32,000 nucleotides of DNA. It comes from Pirellula staleyi DSM 6068 (GTDB lineage: Bacteria > Planctomycetota > Planctomycetia > Pirellulales > Pirellulaceae). The position numbers were made by a program, and so were the translations under genes. Where the stretch lies: contig CP001848.1 in assembly GCA_000025185.1 (NCBI GenBank), forward strand, positions 5,040,001 through 5,072,000, read 5' to 3'. The notes under the pieces are model-generated. The model saw nothing but the letters and a program-made list of their open reading frames with translations. It had not been told where the DNA came from and ran no database searches. Positions 1-9,230 of this stretch are shown piece by piece; the first letter of the stretch is position 1, and each line of letters opens with the position of its first letter.

Positions 1-85
1 TACAATGGTGTGATAACTGCGCGACACTCTTAGCGCGGTCGATCGACCTTTTGCTTTGTGCGACGAACCTCTTGCGACTATCACC

Positions 86-637
86 ATGACTTCGCTGCAA
101 GGTCATTTCCTCGCTGCATCGCCCCACCTCGGCGATCCGAATTTCTTTCGTACCGTCGTGCTGATGATCAAGCACGATGCGCAAGGTGCGCTCGGTTTGG
201 TACTCACGCGCCCGATGCAAGAGACCGTAGCCGAGCTATGGCAACGCGTGACCGCTGAAACGATTGCCAACACTGGCTCGGTGCATCTGGGGGGTCCTGT
301 GAATGGTCCTTTGGTGGCCATTCATCGGATGGCATCTGCGGCGGAAGCGGAAGTGTTCGACGGGGTCTATTTTTCGGCCCATAGCGAGCAGATCAGCCGC
401 ATTGTTCATCAAACGAAGAAGCCATACCTGCTCTTCGCGGGCTATTCTGGCTGGTCGGGTGGTCAGCTCGAAGCGGAGCTCGAGCAGGGGGGCTGGCTCA
501 TCGCGCCCGCCACCACCGAGCTTGTGTTCTCCAGCACCGATGACCTTTGGGAACGTGTGGTTCAGTCGATCGGGCTAGCGGTTCTGTCGCCCGCGATTCG
601 TACGAAGCATGTACCGGAAGATCCGACACTGAACTAG
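86..637 (+). CDS. YqgE/AlgH-family protein (UPF0301/DUF179)
   Basis: ORF 56..637. The ATG at 86 gives MTSLQGHFLAASPHLGDPNFFRTVVLMIKHDAQGALGLVLTRP, the typical N-terminal block of this family. The TTG at 56 is a less likely start. Confidence 0.8.
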   Translation: MTSLQGHFLAASPHLGDPNFFRTVVLMIKHDAQGALGLVLTRPMQETVAELWQRVTAETIANTGSVHLGGPVNGPLVAIHRMASAAEAEVFDGVYFSAHSEQISRIVHQTKKPYLLFAGYSGWSGGQLEAELEQGGWLIAPATTELVFSSTDDLWERVVQSIGLAVLSPAIRTKHVPEDPTLN

Positions 638-676
638 CCGCGAGCATTCAGTGCGGCACGCATCAGGCTGATCGTC

Positions 677-3184
677 TTAGCTGCCGCGCAGTTTGGTGCG
701 AGGTAGCTCGAGTGTAAACTCGGCACCACCACCAGCAGCGGTTTTGTATGTCAAATTGCCCCCCAGTTGCCGCGCCATGCGCAAACAAAGGGCGAGCCCT
801 AAGCCGACACCAGGAGCAGTGTCGGCCGCTTCGTGAACGCTCTTGCTAAAGGGCTCGAACAGTCGCACTTGCCCTGCTTCGGGGATGCCTGGACCGTGAT
901 CGCGGATCACAAGTTTCGCCATCCCCCAAACTCCTTCGGCAGCGGTGAGCTGCAATGTGCGATCGGTCGCCGTTTTGGCGTATTTGCAGGCATTATCAAT
1001 CAAATTCGAGAGGATTTGATCGATCGCAGCGGGATCGGTGTCGACCATCATCCGTGCAGCTTCGGGGGACATCACGACATCGAGCTGCATATTCGATTCA
1101 CGAAGATGCGACGCCAGTCGCGAGCGACTACGATCGATGAGTGCGCCGAGCGCGATCGACTCTTTTCGGGTGGCTAGTCCCGTTCTTTCGAGCCTCGCAT
1201 ATTGCAGCACATTCTCGACCAGATGTGCGAGCCGATCGGCCTCGGTGCGGAGCGTATCGAGATACGACTTTTGCTGCTCGGGAGAACTGACCATTCCTTC
1301 CGCGAGCATTTCGGCATACATGCGAAAAGTGGTGAGTGGCGTGCGGAGTTCGTGGGTCACCGCAGCGACAAAAGCGCCGCGACGTTCACTAAGCTGCACA
1401 ACACGGTCGAGCAAAACTCCGGCCACCACAATCGCAACCAGGAGCGTGATCCAGGCGATGCCAAGCGCTGCGCGAATCGGTGTGAAACCGGGGGCTACCG
1501 CCTCAAGAGGTGGCAGCACCAGCTTGGCCGGAACGGTGGCGAGCAAGCGACCGAGGGGTGCTTCGGATTCGTCGTTCACCGGCACGAGCTTCGCGTCGGG
1601 TAAAAGGTCGGAGACTTCGCTCGACAAGCGCGATTGAATTGCATTCCAGTCGAGCCAACATCCTTGCACAATGGTTTCGCCGCGCACCATCACACGACGG
1701 GCCAAGATCAATTGACCTCGAATCCACAGAGGTCGGCTCACACCTTCCACGGCGGGAACCAGCGGCGAGATCCCTTCAAACGATTGGCGCTGCTCGAGGA
1801 CTTGCCGCTGTGCATAGGCCTGAAAAACCCGGTCGCGATTGGCGAGGTCGTTACTGCCGCGCGGCAGCGATTCGTAGAAGGTTCCGACCGAACTAGCAGG
1901 CTCGGCGCGCGACTGCGCTGCGCTAGGGACCATCCATCGAGGAGAAATATAGCCCGATCCCTGCTCGCCGGGACGACGCGGAGCTGTTGCACTGGATTGA
2001 TCATCGTAAGTGCCGGTTTGCGACTGTCCGGCGCTTGGTGCCTGAGAAGGTTCGGCGGGCCTTGGCTGATCGGGAACTTGCGACAGTTCACCCGTCTGCT
2101 GCTGAGGCCCGTCGTTCAGCTCTTTCTCTGGTCGGTCTTGCTCTTGCATCTCTCCCTCCGACGCACCCCCGGAGCCGAATGGATCTTGAATCACAGGACG
2201 AGGCGCACCGAGCGGTGTTGTGGGCTCGCTTAGCGGGGGTTCGCCAGGAACAGGAAGCCCGAAGGGATCGGCCGGAACTGGCGTTGGAGGCGTGACGTCC
2301 GAAGGAGCTGCGGTGGGTGGCCGTGTTACCTCGGAAAATCCTCCTGGCTGCGGGGCCGATGCGGTGTCTAAGGGTGGTGTGCTCGTCGGTGGAAATGGTG
2401 CCTGCGATGGCGAATTGGTCGAAGGAATTTCTACAGGTGGTCCCACTTCATTTTCGCGCATGGAACTTTGAACCGACGGGGATTGCGCTTGGTTGCGGTA
2501 ATTCGAGCGCGGCCCATAATCGCCTGCGTCGCCCCGACCCGGCAGCGACTGCTGCTTTGTGATCGCTTCATCGATCTGCTTGAAATTGTCGCTCCGATAG
2601 ACATTCGCAATCACCGGTGGATTGTTGTAACTCTGCAGCGGATCGGTGCGGGCAACGACCCCCGATGCTGGATCGGCTTCGAGATCGATCGATTCATTGG
2701 GAAGTTCCGCCAGCAATTCACTTGCGCGCAGCAGATCGGTCAATTGAGCCAAACGAATCGTCGACTCGGTGATCTGTTTTTCTGAAACACCCTGCTCGAT
2801 CGCTAGTTCGCGCGTTGGCCCTTGCGGCACTTGCGGCGAGGTGAGCCGTCCCCCTTCGCTGAGCTGGAAATGAATCAGCACAAATCCTGGAGGCTCTTTG
2901 AGGAGCGGAGAAAGCTCGAGCCCACCGCCTCGTGTTGCTGGAACCGTAAGGAGGGCGTGATAGACCGGTTCAGGACGCGCTGCTTCTTGCGCGAGGAGTG
3001 GTGTGAGAAGTGTATCCATCCGCCAAAGCGCGCGGCTGACATCCTGATCGAGTTCGGCATCTTGCCGAGCCTGCGATTGCTGCTGATCGAGTTCGAGCGC
3101 TTTGATCGTCAGCCAGCTGAACGTCGCGAGCACCAGCACCAGACCGGCGATGAACAAACTCCAAATCTGCCACGGACGCTTCAT
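677..3184 (-). CDS. Membrane sensor histidine kinase (HisKA + HATPase_c) with a very large extracytoplasmic region
   Basis: 835 aa. TM1 is at about aa 7-27 and TM2 at about aa 570-592. The H-box VTHELRTPL has its His codon at 1352-1354. N-box LSNLIDNACKYA, G1 box RDHGPGI and G2 box GVGLGLAL are present. The start overlaps the upstream regulator stop (ATGA at 3181-3184). Confidence 0.88.
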   Translation of the reverse strand: MKRPWQIWSLFIAGLVLVLATFSWLTIKALELDQQQSQARQDAELDQDVSRALWRMDTLLTPLLAQEAARPEPVYHALLTVPATRGGGLELSPLLKEPPGFVLIHFQLSEGGRLTSPQVPQGPTRELAIEQGVSEKQITESTIRLAQLTDLLRASELLAELPNESIDLEADPASGVVARTDPLQSYNNPPVIANVYRSDNFKQIDEAITKQQSLPGRGDAGDYGPRSNYRNQAQSPSVQSSMRENEVGPPVEIPSTNSPSQAPFPPTSTPPLDTASAPQPGGFSEVTRPPTAAPSDVTPPTPVPADPFGLPVPGEPPLSEPTTPLGAPRPVIQDPFGSGGASEGEMQEQDRPEKELNDGPQQQTGELSQVPDQPRPAEPSQAPSAGQSQTGTYDDQSSATAPRRPGEQGSGYISPRWMVPSAAQSRAEPASSVGTFYESLPRGSNDLANRDRVFQAYAQRQVLEQRQSFEGISPLVPAVEGVSRPLWIRGQLILARRVMVRGETIVQGCWLDWNAIQSRLSSEVSDLLPDAKLVPVNDESEAPLGRLLATVPAKLVLPPLEAVAPGFTPIRAALGIAWITLLVAIVVAGVLLDRVVQLSERRGAFVAAVTHELRTPLTTFRMYAEMLAEGMVSSPEQQKSYLDTLRTEADRLAHLVENVLQYARLERTGLATRKESIALGALIDRSRSRLASHLRESNMQLDVVMSPEAARMMVDTDPAAIDQILSNLIDNACKYAKTATDRTLQLTAAEGVWGMAKLVIRDHGPGIPEAGQVRLFEPFSKSVHEAADTAPGVGLGLALCLRMARQLGGNLTYKTAAGGGAEFTLELPRTKLRGS

Positions 3185-3894
3185 GACGACTGCTCCGCGG
3201 GCAACTGCGCAAACATATAGCCCTTTCCTCGCACGGTGAGCAACACGCGCGGCTGTGTGGGATCATCGCGCAACTTTTCGCGCAGTCGCGCAATCTGCAT
3301 ATCGATCGTGCGGGTGGGAAGTCCATCGGGGCTGATGCGCCACACGTTCACCAGCAGCTCATCGCGACTGATGGCGCGGCCAGCATGACTTGCCAAATAG
3401 CGAACCAACTCGCATTCGCGCTCCGATAGATCGAGCCGCTCCCCATCGGTGAAGCGGAGTTCGCGACGGGCCAGATCGGCAACTCCGCCAGGGACTTCCA
3501 CCGCTTGCACATCGGTGGGCCGCTGCGGTGATCGACGGAGTACAGCTTCCACACGCGCAAGAAGTTCTTTCACGCTGAATGGTTTTACGACATAGTCGTC
3601 GGCCCCCGCTTCGAGACCTTCCACCCGATCGGCTTCTTCCCCACGCGCGGTGAGTATGATCACCGGCAACAGCGGACGGACACTCCGCACGGTTCGCAAA
3701 ATTTCCATCCCACCACAACCGGGAAGCACGAGATCCAAGAGCAGCAGATCGCACGCTTGTTGCACCGCCATCTCGCGTCCTACTCGCCCACTGCCCGATT
3801 CCAAAACGTGGTAGCCCGAGAACCTAAGTGCATCGACGATCCCTCGGCGAATCGCACTGTCATCTTCGATCGTGAGGATGGTTTTCGTAGACAT
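3181..3894 (-). CDS. OmpR/PhoB-family response regulator (receiver + winged-helix DNA-binding domain)
   Basis: 237 aa. Receiver motifs are ILTIEDD, LLLLDLVLPG and VVKPFS. The C-terminal wHTH reads TRTIDMQIARLREKL...TVRGKGY. A 4-nt ATGA overlap with the kinase gene suggests translational coupling. Confidence 0.92.
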   Translation of the reverse strand: MSTKTILTIEDDSAIRRGIVDALRFSGYHVLESGSGRVGREMAVQQACDLLLLDLVLPGCGGMEILRTVRSVRPLLPVIILTARGEEADRVEGLEAGADDYVVKPFSVKELLARVEAVLRRSPQRPTDVQAVEVPGGVADLARRELRFTDGERLDLSERECELVRYLASHAGRAISRDELLVNVWRISPDGLPTRTIDMQIARLREKLRDDPTQPRVLLTVRGKGYMFAQLPAEQSS

Positions 3895-4171
3895 AAAGAG
3901 GTCCTGGAGAAGTTCGCCTCAAGCACTCGCCCCGAACTTGAGATTTCACTTCCTTCCAAGTGTACCCGACAACCTTGGCCAAGCACCTGCCAGAAAATGG
4001 GGAGAACGGCCCGCTGGGAGTAACTCGTTTGTAACGCCTAGCTTTCCAGCTACCTAAAAACACCCTCAAAAACGTGTGCGGCACTTCGATGTACAACGCG
4101 TTACACTAGGTGGGATCGCAGCGGCAACCTAACGCCCGCTCGCACTAATCCACTTCCGATCGCTAGGGGCT

Positions 4172-5842
4172 ATGCGGATGTTTGGGGTGAAATCGTTTCG
4201 CGCAGCTGAACTGTTTTTGACCTTAGCTATCGTGCTACCGGCGCTGCTGATTTCAGCCGGTTGTCGCGATCGCCTTGCTCCGGGACTGGCCGAGGCACCA
4301 CCCGACCCCAATGCCTACAAAAACCGCAAAATCCTCAAGCCGAAGGTCGAACAGCCGGTCGACGTTTCCGAGGAAACAGCGCTCATCGAAAAGGCCTACG
4401 AATCGTCGCGCACCGCGCGCCGCAACTTCGGATCGCAAGAGTCGGGTGGTGTTCGACTCGCCACCACCGCCATCGAATCGAATCTCGATATCGCCCCCAC
4501 GCTTGTCATTTGGCTCTTTGACGCATCACCAGCGAGCCAAAAGATGGCAATCGAATCAGTCTCGGCGGCCAAGGCTTATTACACCTCTCCCACGACGAAA
4601 TCGAAACTCGATGATCCCGAGCAGCCGCTGCTGACGGTGGTGGGACGATTCGCTGAATCGCTCGAACTGCTAACGCCGGAGCCAACTTCCACCGAAGCGG
4701 ATATCTCGGCGGCGCTCGACAAAGTGCTCGATGCTCCGCCGATCGAAGCAGCCACCACGCAGCCACTCACAGCTGCTCAGTCTGCTGCAGAAAAGTTTCT
4801 TTCCACGCGCACCGAGGGTGGCCGCCAAGTGCTGCTGGTGATGGTCACTGCGCAAGCTGGTAGCGACGATGCCAAAGCAGAAACACTAGCGCCGATGCTG
4901 CAGCGAATGGCGATACCTCTGTACGTGATTGGCACGGCGGCTCCTTGGGGTCAGCCAGGACCTCCGGCCAATGTCGGCGCACGCCCCAATGAACGTGAAG
5001 CTGCAAAACCGACGCGCTACGGTCCGGAGTCACGCTACAGCGAACGGGTGCTCGTCCACATGAGCGCCACGGGGAACTATCGCACCAACGAGAATCTAGC
5101 CATCGAATCGGGCTTCGGACCGTTTGGTCTTGAGTGGGTCGCACGAGCCAGTGGTGGGATGTTCTTTGCCTCACGACCTTTGACCAGCAGCTTTTCGAAC
5201 TTTCGTCACGGCAATACCTACACGGTTTGGCCCACCGGAAGTGAATGGCGTTTTGAGCCTAACGTCGCCAGCAAGTATGCCCCCGATTATGTCTCCGAAG
5301 CCGAATATCAAAAGCGACTCGGTAATGCAGCGGCTCGCGCGCTACATGAAGCTGCGAAACTTGGCGACTTGGTGATCGACGAATACCCGGCTCTCAACTT
5401 CGAACGGAAGTCGGAAGCGCAGATGGCTCGGTCACTCAGCACCGCGCAGCAGTATGCCGCTCGGAACGTTCCACCCGTCGATCGCCGCTACGATCTGCTG
5501 CTCGCAGGAGAATCGGGACGCGATTCGCTTCCGACCGCGCGCTGGCAAGTGCAGTACGATATCGCGATGGGACAAGTCCTCGCGGCGAAGGTGCGACTCG
5601 ATGGCTACAACGCTATGATCGCCGCGCTCAAGCGTGGCAAAACGCCGACCGATCCCGAGAGCAAACTGTGGCTGCTTGAACAATCCACCAACATCGAAAC
5701 GGGAAGCGCGATGCAGAAAATGGCGGAAAAGGCAACGATGTACCTCACCCGCGTGAAGCAAGAGCATCCCGGCACACCTTGGGCCAAACTCGCCGAAGAA
5801 GAGCTTCTATCACCACTGGGCTGGAGTTGGAAAGAAGGCTAG
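4172..5842 (+). CDS. Secreted/lipoprotein-like hypothetical protein with a vWA-like alpha/beta region
   Basis: 556 aa. The N-terminus FLTLAIVLPALLISAGC looks like a signal peptide with a lipobox-like Cys. An alternating beta-strand pattern (TLVIWLFDASPAS, LLTVVGRF, QVLLVMVTAQ, IPLYVIG) resembles a vWA fold with a degenerate MIDAS. No enzymatic motif recognised. Confidence 0.6.
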   Translation: MRMFGVKSFRAAELFLTLAIVLPALLISAGCRDRLAPGLAEAPPDPNAYKNRKILKPKVEQPVDVSEETALIEKAYESSRTARRNFGSQESGGVRLATTAIESNLDIAPTLVIWLFDASPASQKMAIESVSAAKAYYTSPTTKSKLDDPEQPLLTVVGRFAESLELLTPEPTSTEADISAALDKVLDAPPIEAATTQPLTAAQSAAEKFLSTRTEGGRQVLLVMVTAQAGSDDAKAETLAPMLQRMAIPLYVIGTAAPWGQPGPPANVGARPNEREAAKPTRYGPESRYSERVLVHMSATGNYRTNENLAIESGFGPFGLEWVARASGGMFFASRPLTSSFSNFRHGNTYTVWPTGSEWRFEPNVASKYAPDYVSEAEYQKRLGNAAARALHEAAKLGDLVIDEYPALNFERKSEAQMARSLSTAQQYAARNVPPVDRRYDLLLAGESGRDSLPTARWQVQYDIAMGQVLAAKVRLDGYNAMIAALKRGKTPTDPESKLWLLEQSTNIETGSAMQKMAEKATMYLTRVKQEHPGTPWAKLAEEELLSPLGWSWKEG

Positions 5843-5936
5843 TCTTTTCGCTGGCGCCAGAAATTGCTCGGCGCACTAGCCACTCGCCTTGCTTGAGCTA
5901 ACATTCAAAGCATCGTCACACGGAAATGGACTTCGT

Positions 5937-6908
5937 ATGTCAGTGACCATTACGCCGCGCGTTATCGCTTCGCATAACGGACTCGCAGGGGCCGAGCGAA
6001 CTTATGCGGAACTTCTCGCCGGTGCACGCCCGGTGGAAGCTTGTGTGCGCGGCGTGACGCTCATCGAAGACGATCCACTCGAGCACTCTGTTGGTATTGG
6101 CGGCATTCCTAACGAAGAGGGGGTCGTGCAACTCGATGCCGCTGTGATGGATGGAACGCTTCATCGTGGCGCAGGAGTCGCGGCTCTCGAGGGGATTCGT
6201 AACCCGGCTCAAGTCGCGCTCAAACTCCTCGAGCAAACGCATCGTGTGCTTCTCGTTGGCGAAGGTGCGCAAAAGTTTGCTCTCGCGAATGGCTTTCCTA
6301 CCGAGAATTTACTCACCGATAAAGCGCGACGCATCTGGATGCACTGGAAGCGTACGCGGTCGAACATCGACGACTGGAAGCATCCAGAACAGGTCGACGA
6401 CGATGTGGCCGAGTGGTTCCGCACGCAGTACACCGGCGCGTCGGGCTATGGCAAGGTCGGCACTGTGCATGTCGCTGCGATCGACGCCACCGGCCAGATG
6501 GGATGCTGCACCAGCACGAGCGGGCACTCGTTCAAATTGGCCGGAAGAGTAGGGGATTCCCCTATCCTTGGCGCGGGGCTGTTTGCCGATAGCGAAGCGG
6601 GGACCTGCGGCAGCATTGGGCACGGCGAAGCAAATCTCGAGAACTGCTCGTCGTTTGCTTGTGTCGAAATGATGCGTGGTGGAATGTCGCCGGAAGCAGC
6701 AGGCATGAAGATGCTCGAGCGTATCGCTCGGATCACACGCCCCGAACAAAAAGATGATCAGGGGCGACCGAAATTCAATTTATGGCTCTTTCTGCTGGCG
6801 CCCGATGGTCGCTATGCCGGCGTCACGATGTGGGGCCCGAAAACCTACGCCCTCGTCGATGCCGACGGCGCTCGGCTGCTCCCTTGCCGAGCGCTCTTTA
6901 CGCGCTGA
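5937..6908 (+). CDS. N4-(beta-N-acetylglucosaminyl)-L-asparaginase / asparaginase-2 family Ntn hydrolase
   Basis: Blocks VTLIEDDPLEHSVGIGGIPNEEGVVQLDAAVMDG, GTVHVAAID (autoprocessing Thr) and TSTSGHSFKLAGRVGDSPILGAGLFAD closely parallel bacterial glycosylasparaginases. ATG at 5937 is preferred over the TTG at 5889. Confidence 0.85.
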   Translation: MSVTITPRVIASHNGLAGAERTYAELLAGARPVEACVRGVTLIEDDPLEHSVGIGGIPNEEGVVQLDAAVMDGTLHRGAGVAALEGIRNPAQVALKLLEQTHRVLLVGEGAQKFALANGFPTENLLTDKARRIWMHWKRTRSNIDDWKHPEQVDDDVAEWFRTQYTGASGYGKVGTVHVAAIDATGQMGCCTSTSGHSFKLAGRVGDSPILGAGLFADSEAGTCGSIGHGEANLENCSSFACVEMMRGGMSPEAAGMKMLERIARITRPEQKDDQGRPKFNLWLFLLAPDGRYAGVTMWGPKTYALVDADGARLLPCRALFTR

Positions 6909-6941
6909 TTGTCTCGCAACTGCGAGCAGCGTTGGCGTGCG

Positions 6942-8267
6942 CTAGATTCCAAACTGATTGAGCACCAACTCGAACAGATCGGTGTCGGCGATGGGCCGTT
7001 CGACGAACACACCCTTTTGACTCGACAGTAGGACGGTCCGCTGAGCGTCGCTTACTGCTGGTGCGCCGTGCGATCCGCCAATCAGCGTGGCATCGAGCGG
7101 AATGCACTTGTTCGCGCGATCGAAGTGCAGCTCTACCGGGTCGTAGCCCGGTTTACGATGGATGTCGACGGTGCGGGCAAACTTCGGTGCCTTCGCGTCG
7201 TCGAGCCAGTAGTAGTAGGCCTGCCAGCTTTCAGCCGTGCTGATCAAAATCACTTCGCCGCTGCGCTCGTGATCCATGCCATATTTTTTACGTTCATCGC
7301 CCGCCAGAACTTCGGCAATCCCTGGCTTTCCTTTGAAAAGATCGACCACTTTCGCGATGTTCGCGCTATCGGCATCTTTCACAAACACGTGGCTGAACTG
7401 ATGGTCGACGAGCGCCCAAGCAGGCGTTTCGCCATACGCAATCACTTCGCCCGTGCCATCGTCGGTAACGCTTAGCAGGCCTGCTTCTCGGAGGAGACGA
7501 TTGGGGTAGGTGACGTGGTTGACCGGCGTGATGGCGTATTCGCCAGCCACGAGCCACAGTAGTCGATGGCCTTGATAAGCGGCTGCTGCATCGGTGGCGA
7601 GCTTGCCAATCACGTTATCGAGTTCGATCACCGCCTGCAGAGCGGCTGGCGAATCGGGACCAAGTTTTTGCGCGGCGTAGTCGAGCTGCGGCAGATAGAT
7701 ATGAAAGAAACGGGGCTTATACTTCTCCATCGCCAGCGCCGCGGAGTTGGCGATCCATGCGGTCGAGGCAATGCCAGCCATCGGCCCCCAGAAGTTCATC
7801 AGCGGAAAATGTCCGAGAGCGTCGCGCAGATCGCCGTAGTATTCCTTCGGCTTGGTGTAGCACCAGAGCGATTCGCTGCCGTCGGGATTATGCACTGGCG
7901 CGGGCATGCAGATGTAGTCGGCGCCACAGCCTTTGGTCAGCATCGGAAACCAAGTGGCCGACGTCAGCTGCGGATCGTGCTTGTGCAGCACGTCCCAAAT
8001 TTGCGGCTGCTGAATCTTGTCGTTCCAAGCGGTCCACATTTCCACTTTCGCGGTGTCACGCCAAAAGAAACCGTTGCCGATCACACCGGTTTCGCTCGGC
8101 AATTTGCCGGTGAGCATGGCCGTTTGCGAGGTCCAAGTGACCGCGGGAAAACTGGGGACCAGCGTCGCGATGTCGCCACCCGACGTGAGTGCTCGAAGCT
8201 GCGGCATCGAGGCCAGATCCTGCCTGCGCAAGCCCGGAATCGACAAATAAATCACGCAGTCGCTCAT
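6942..8267 (-). CDS. Alkaline-phosphatase-superfamily nucleotide pyrophosphatase/phosphodiesterase-like protein (EboF-like, tentative)
   Basis: The N-terminal block YLSIPGLRRQDL...LVPSFPAVTWTSQTAMLTGKLPSETGVIGNGFFW is typical of type I phosphodiesterase/AP-family proteins, with a nucleophile Thr in PAVT. ATG at 8267 is preferred; TTG at 8273 is the alternative. Confidence 0.72.
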   Translation of the reverse strand: MSDCVIYLSIPGLRRQDLASMPQLRALTSGGDIATLVPSFPAVTWTSQTAMLTGKLPSETGVIGNGFFWRDTAKVEMWTAWNDKIQQPQIWDVLHKHDPQLTSATWFPMLTKGCGADYICMPAPVHNPDGSESLWCYTKPKEYYGDLRDALGHFPLMNFWGPMAGIASTAWIANSAALAMEKYKPRFFHIYLPQLDYAAQKLGPDSPAALQAVIELDNVIGKLATDAAAAYQGHRLLWLVAGEYAITPVNHVTYPNRLLREAGLLSVTDDGTGEVIAYGETPAWALVDHQFSHVFVKDADSANIAKVVDLFKGKPGIAEVLAGDERKKYGMDHERSGEVILISTAESWQAYYYWLDDAKAPKFARTVDIHRKPGYDPVELHFDRANKCIPLDATLIGGSHGAPAVSDAQRTVLLSSQKGVFVERPIADTDLFELVLNQFGI

Positions 8268-8351
8268 CAGCAAAAACTCCGATTCGAAGAGGCAGTGGCG
8301 CGTCCGCTGCGAGCGCGCTACGACAAACTAACCAGGACCGAAAGTGCCACG

Positions 8352-9197
8352 CTACTTGCCCAGAGCGCGATTGAACAGAGGGGCGAGGAACTCCCACGCT
8401 TTTCGGGCGGCCTGCGGAGCCTCGTGACTATGCCGGCTCAGCTCGACATGCACGCCTCCCTGATAGCCGCACCGCGCGAGCGCCGCAATGATCGGCGGGA
8501 ACTCCATTTCTCCTTCACCGAACATCAAATGCTCGTGAACATCGGCGCGCATATCCTCCAAATGCACATTCACCATTCGGTCGGACCAGCGTGCCACATA
8601 GTCGGCGATCGGCAACTCTCCTTGGCAGTAAAGATGGCCGATGTCGAGCGTCAGCTTGAGATGCGTGTGATCGATCCACTGCAACAGTCGCGTGAAGCGA
8701 CTCATCGTGTCGATCACCATGCCCGGCTCGGGTTCAAACGCAATCCAAACGCCTGCCGCAGCGGCGCGATCGAGCACAGGAGCCAGCGACTCGGCAATAC
8801 GCTCGAGCAGCTGCTCTTCCGTAGCTTGATCGCGAGCAATACCCGACCAGAGTGACACCGACGAACTTCCAAGAGCACGCGCGGCATCGATTGCGCGGTA
8901 GTAGAAATCGATGCGACGCGACCGAGCTTCCGGCGCACTGCTGACGAGTGTCGGCTCGTGCTTCATTTTCGGATCGAGCAAAAATCGAGCGCCGGTTTCG
9001 ACAACGCTCGTCAGATTTCGCTCGTCGAGTAGCGCTCGAGTGCGGCGCAGTTCGTCAGGAAAGCGTACGTCAAACGGATTCAGCCGACCGTGATCGAGGG
9101 TAATCGCGATGCTCTGGTAGCCAAGGTTCGCAAGTTCTGCGATCGCATCGAGCGGATCGTGATGCGCCCAGCCGTTGGTGTTGTAGCCCAGTAGCAT
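8352..9197 (-). CDS. Xylose-isomerase-like TIM-barrel protein (sugar phosphate isomerase/epimerase family; EboE-like, tentative)
   Basis: 281 aa with an ATG start. It begins MLLGYNTNGWAHH and carries metal-ligand-type blocks WIAFEPEPG, LTLDIGHL and NVHLED, typical of AP-endonuclease-2/xylose-isomerase TIM barrels. Confidence 0.8.
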   Translation of the reverse strand: MLLGYNTNGWAHHDPLDAIAELANLGYQSIAITLDHGRLNPFDVRFPDELRRTRALLDERNLTSVVETGARFLLDPKMKHEPTLVSSAPEARSRRIDFYYRAIDAARALGSSSVSLWSGIARDQATEEQLLERIAESLAPVLDRAAAAGVWIAFEPEPGMVIDTMSRFTRLLQWIDHTHLKLTLDIGHLYCQGELPIADYVARWSDRMVNVHLEDMRADVHEHLMFGEGEMEFPPIIAALARCGYQGGVHVELSRHSHEAPQAARKAWEFLAPLFNRALGK

Positions 9198-9230
9198 GAT
9201 TGACGAAGCAGGGGGCGAATGGTGGTGCGA

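Noticed and set aside
5852-5861. 10-bp palindrome ctggcgccag after the vWA-like gene, considered as a terminator
   Set aside because: It has no loop and no U-tract. It is too short to call.
7566-8855. 429-aa plus-strand ORF spanning the AP-family and TIM-barrel genes
   Set aside because: It is antisense to two minus-strand genes with clear family motifs. Its translation is Arg/Gly/His-rich with no recognisable motif, which is typical of a long shadow ORF in GC-rich DNA.
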